DNA of 64,000 nucleotides from contig CAWBOS010000010.1 in assembly GCA_963790475.1 (NCBI GenBank), positions 96,001-160,000 of the forward strand. The letters run 5' to 3'. The translations under genes were made by a program, and so were the position numbers. The notes beneath the pieces were generated by a model. That model was not told the origin of the DNA. It searched no databases and saw only the letters and a program-made list of their open reading frames with translations. Positions 63,403 to 64,000 of the stretch are shown here, piece after piece; the stretch's first letter is position 1, and each line of letters starts with the position of its first letter. The DNA is from an uncultured delta proteobacterium. GTDB taxonomy: Bacteria; Desulfobacterota; RBG-13-43-22.

Positions 63403-63676
63403 GTATGCCTCCTTAAAAATCTCGTGGCATAGAGGGATGAACTATTGAACAACACCGGAGAATTCCTTTTAAAAAGCTTTCAAAAAAATGAAGAGTCGAA
63501 GCGAAGTATTTAAGGAAAAGGGTTGCGTAAGTATTATATTAGCTTAGGCCGGGGCGTTTGTCCAGATAAAACGAAGATCGGCCGAATTTCGAGGATAAAT
63601 ATGTTATATCTTATTGTTTTTTAAAAATAAAATTCGTATAACCGTTCGTAAATGAGTCTGATCTAGTCCCCAATTT

Positions 63677-63768
63677 GTCATTCCGGCGAATGCCGGAATC
63701 CAGGAAATTTGGAGTGGTTCCCGGCTTTTGCCTGACGATGACTGGACCCCGGCTTTCGCCGGGGTGAC
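63677..63768. repeat. REP/MITE-like double-hairpin element
   Basis: GTCATTCCGGCGAATGCCGGAATCCAG ... CTGGACCCCGGCTTTCGCCGGGGTGAC: mutually inverted arms, each itself a hairpin. Confidence 0.75.
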
Positions 63769-63900
63769 GGCTCTATAGACTTTTCAAGTATTTATCATCT
63801 GTAGCAAAAAATTTTTTCTTGGCCTTCAATTTCCTCCCCCAGATCGAGCTGTTCTTGGAAAGAGTTAAGAAAGGTTCCTGCCTGCCTTTAAGCCTCCTCA

Positions 63901-64000
63901 TCAAGCCGCCCGAAGCCGGCGACGGTTAAGGGAGTCCACTTGAACCACTTTTGGCTTAAAGTTTTGAAGTTCTTTTTCCTCCATGGCGGCATAAGTGGCA
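63901..64000 (-). CDS. panD: C-terminus of aspartate 1-decarboxylase (partial)
   Basis: ATYAAMEEKELQNFKPKVVQVDSLN..* resembles the PanD C-terminus. Confidence 0.7.
   Translation of the reverse strand, partial: ATYAAMEEKELQNFKPKVVQVDSLNRRRLRAA

Overview
Chromosomal window of a probably anaerobic, selenocysteine-using deltaproteobacterium (Desulfobacterota-like; inferred from gene content). Housekeeping blocks: cusCBA, tatD-maf-yggS, fabH, queA-tgt-yajC-dprA-topA, trmFO, dtd, ispB, hsp20-lon, selB, greA, pstSCABB, tRNA-Arg(UCG), yggT-yggU, 3' end of panD. Accessory DNA includes: a ~6.2 kb island between topA and trmFO; a complete 1.4 kb IS with IRs and a 4-bp TSD; two sigma28-driven chemoreceptors; a decayed attC/integrase-remnant region; and an acyl-CoA catabolic cluster. 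Main signals missed by the ORF track: (1) a 74-aa glutaredoxin-like ORF with two in-frame UGA codons and a SECIS-like hairpin beyond its stop codon, two genes downstream of selB; (2) an exported DsbA-like protein with a UPYC motif and a hairpin 11 nt after the UGA; (3) a dispersed family of 7/8/9-mer tandem-repeat hairpin elements between co-transcribed genes, one fused to a remnant four-helix-bundle gene start; (4) two convergent attC-like sites flanking a truncated tyrosine recombinase; (5) tRNA-Arg with the uncommon UCG anticodon. All calls are from reading the sequence; no searches were run.
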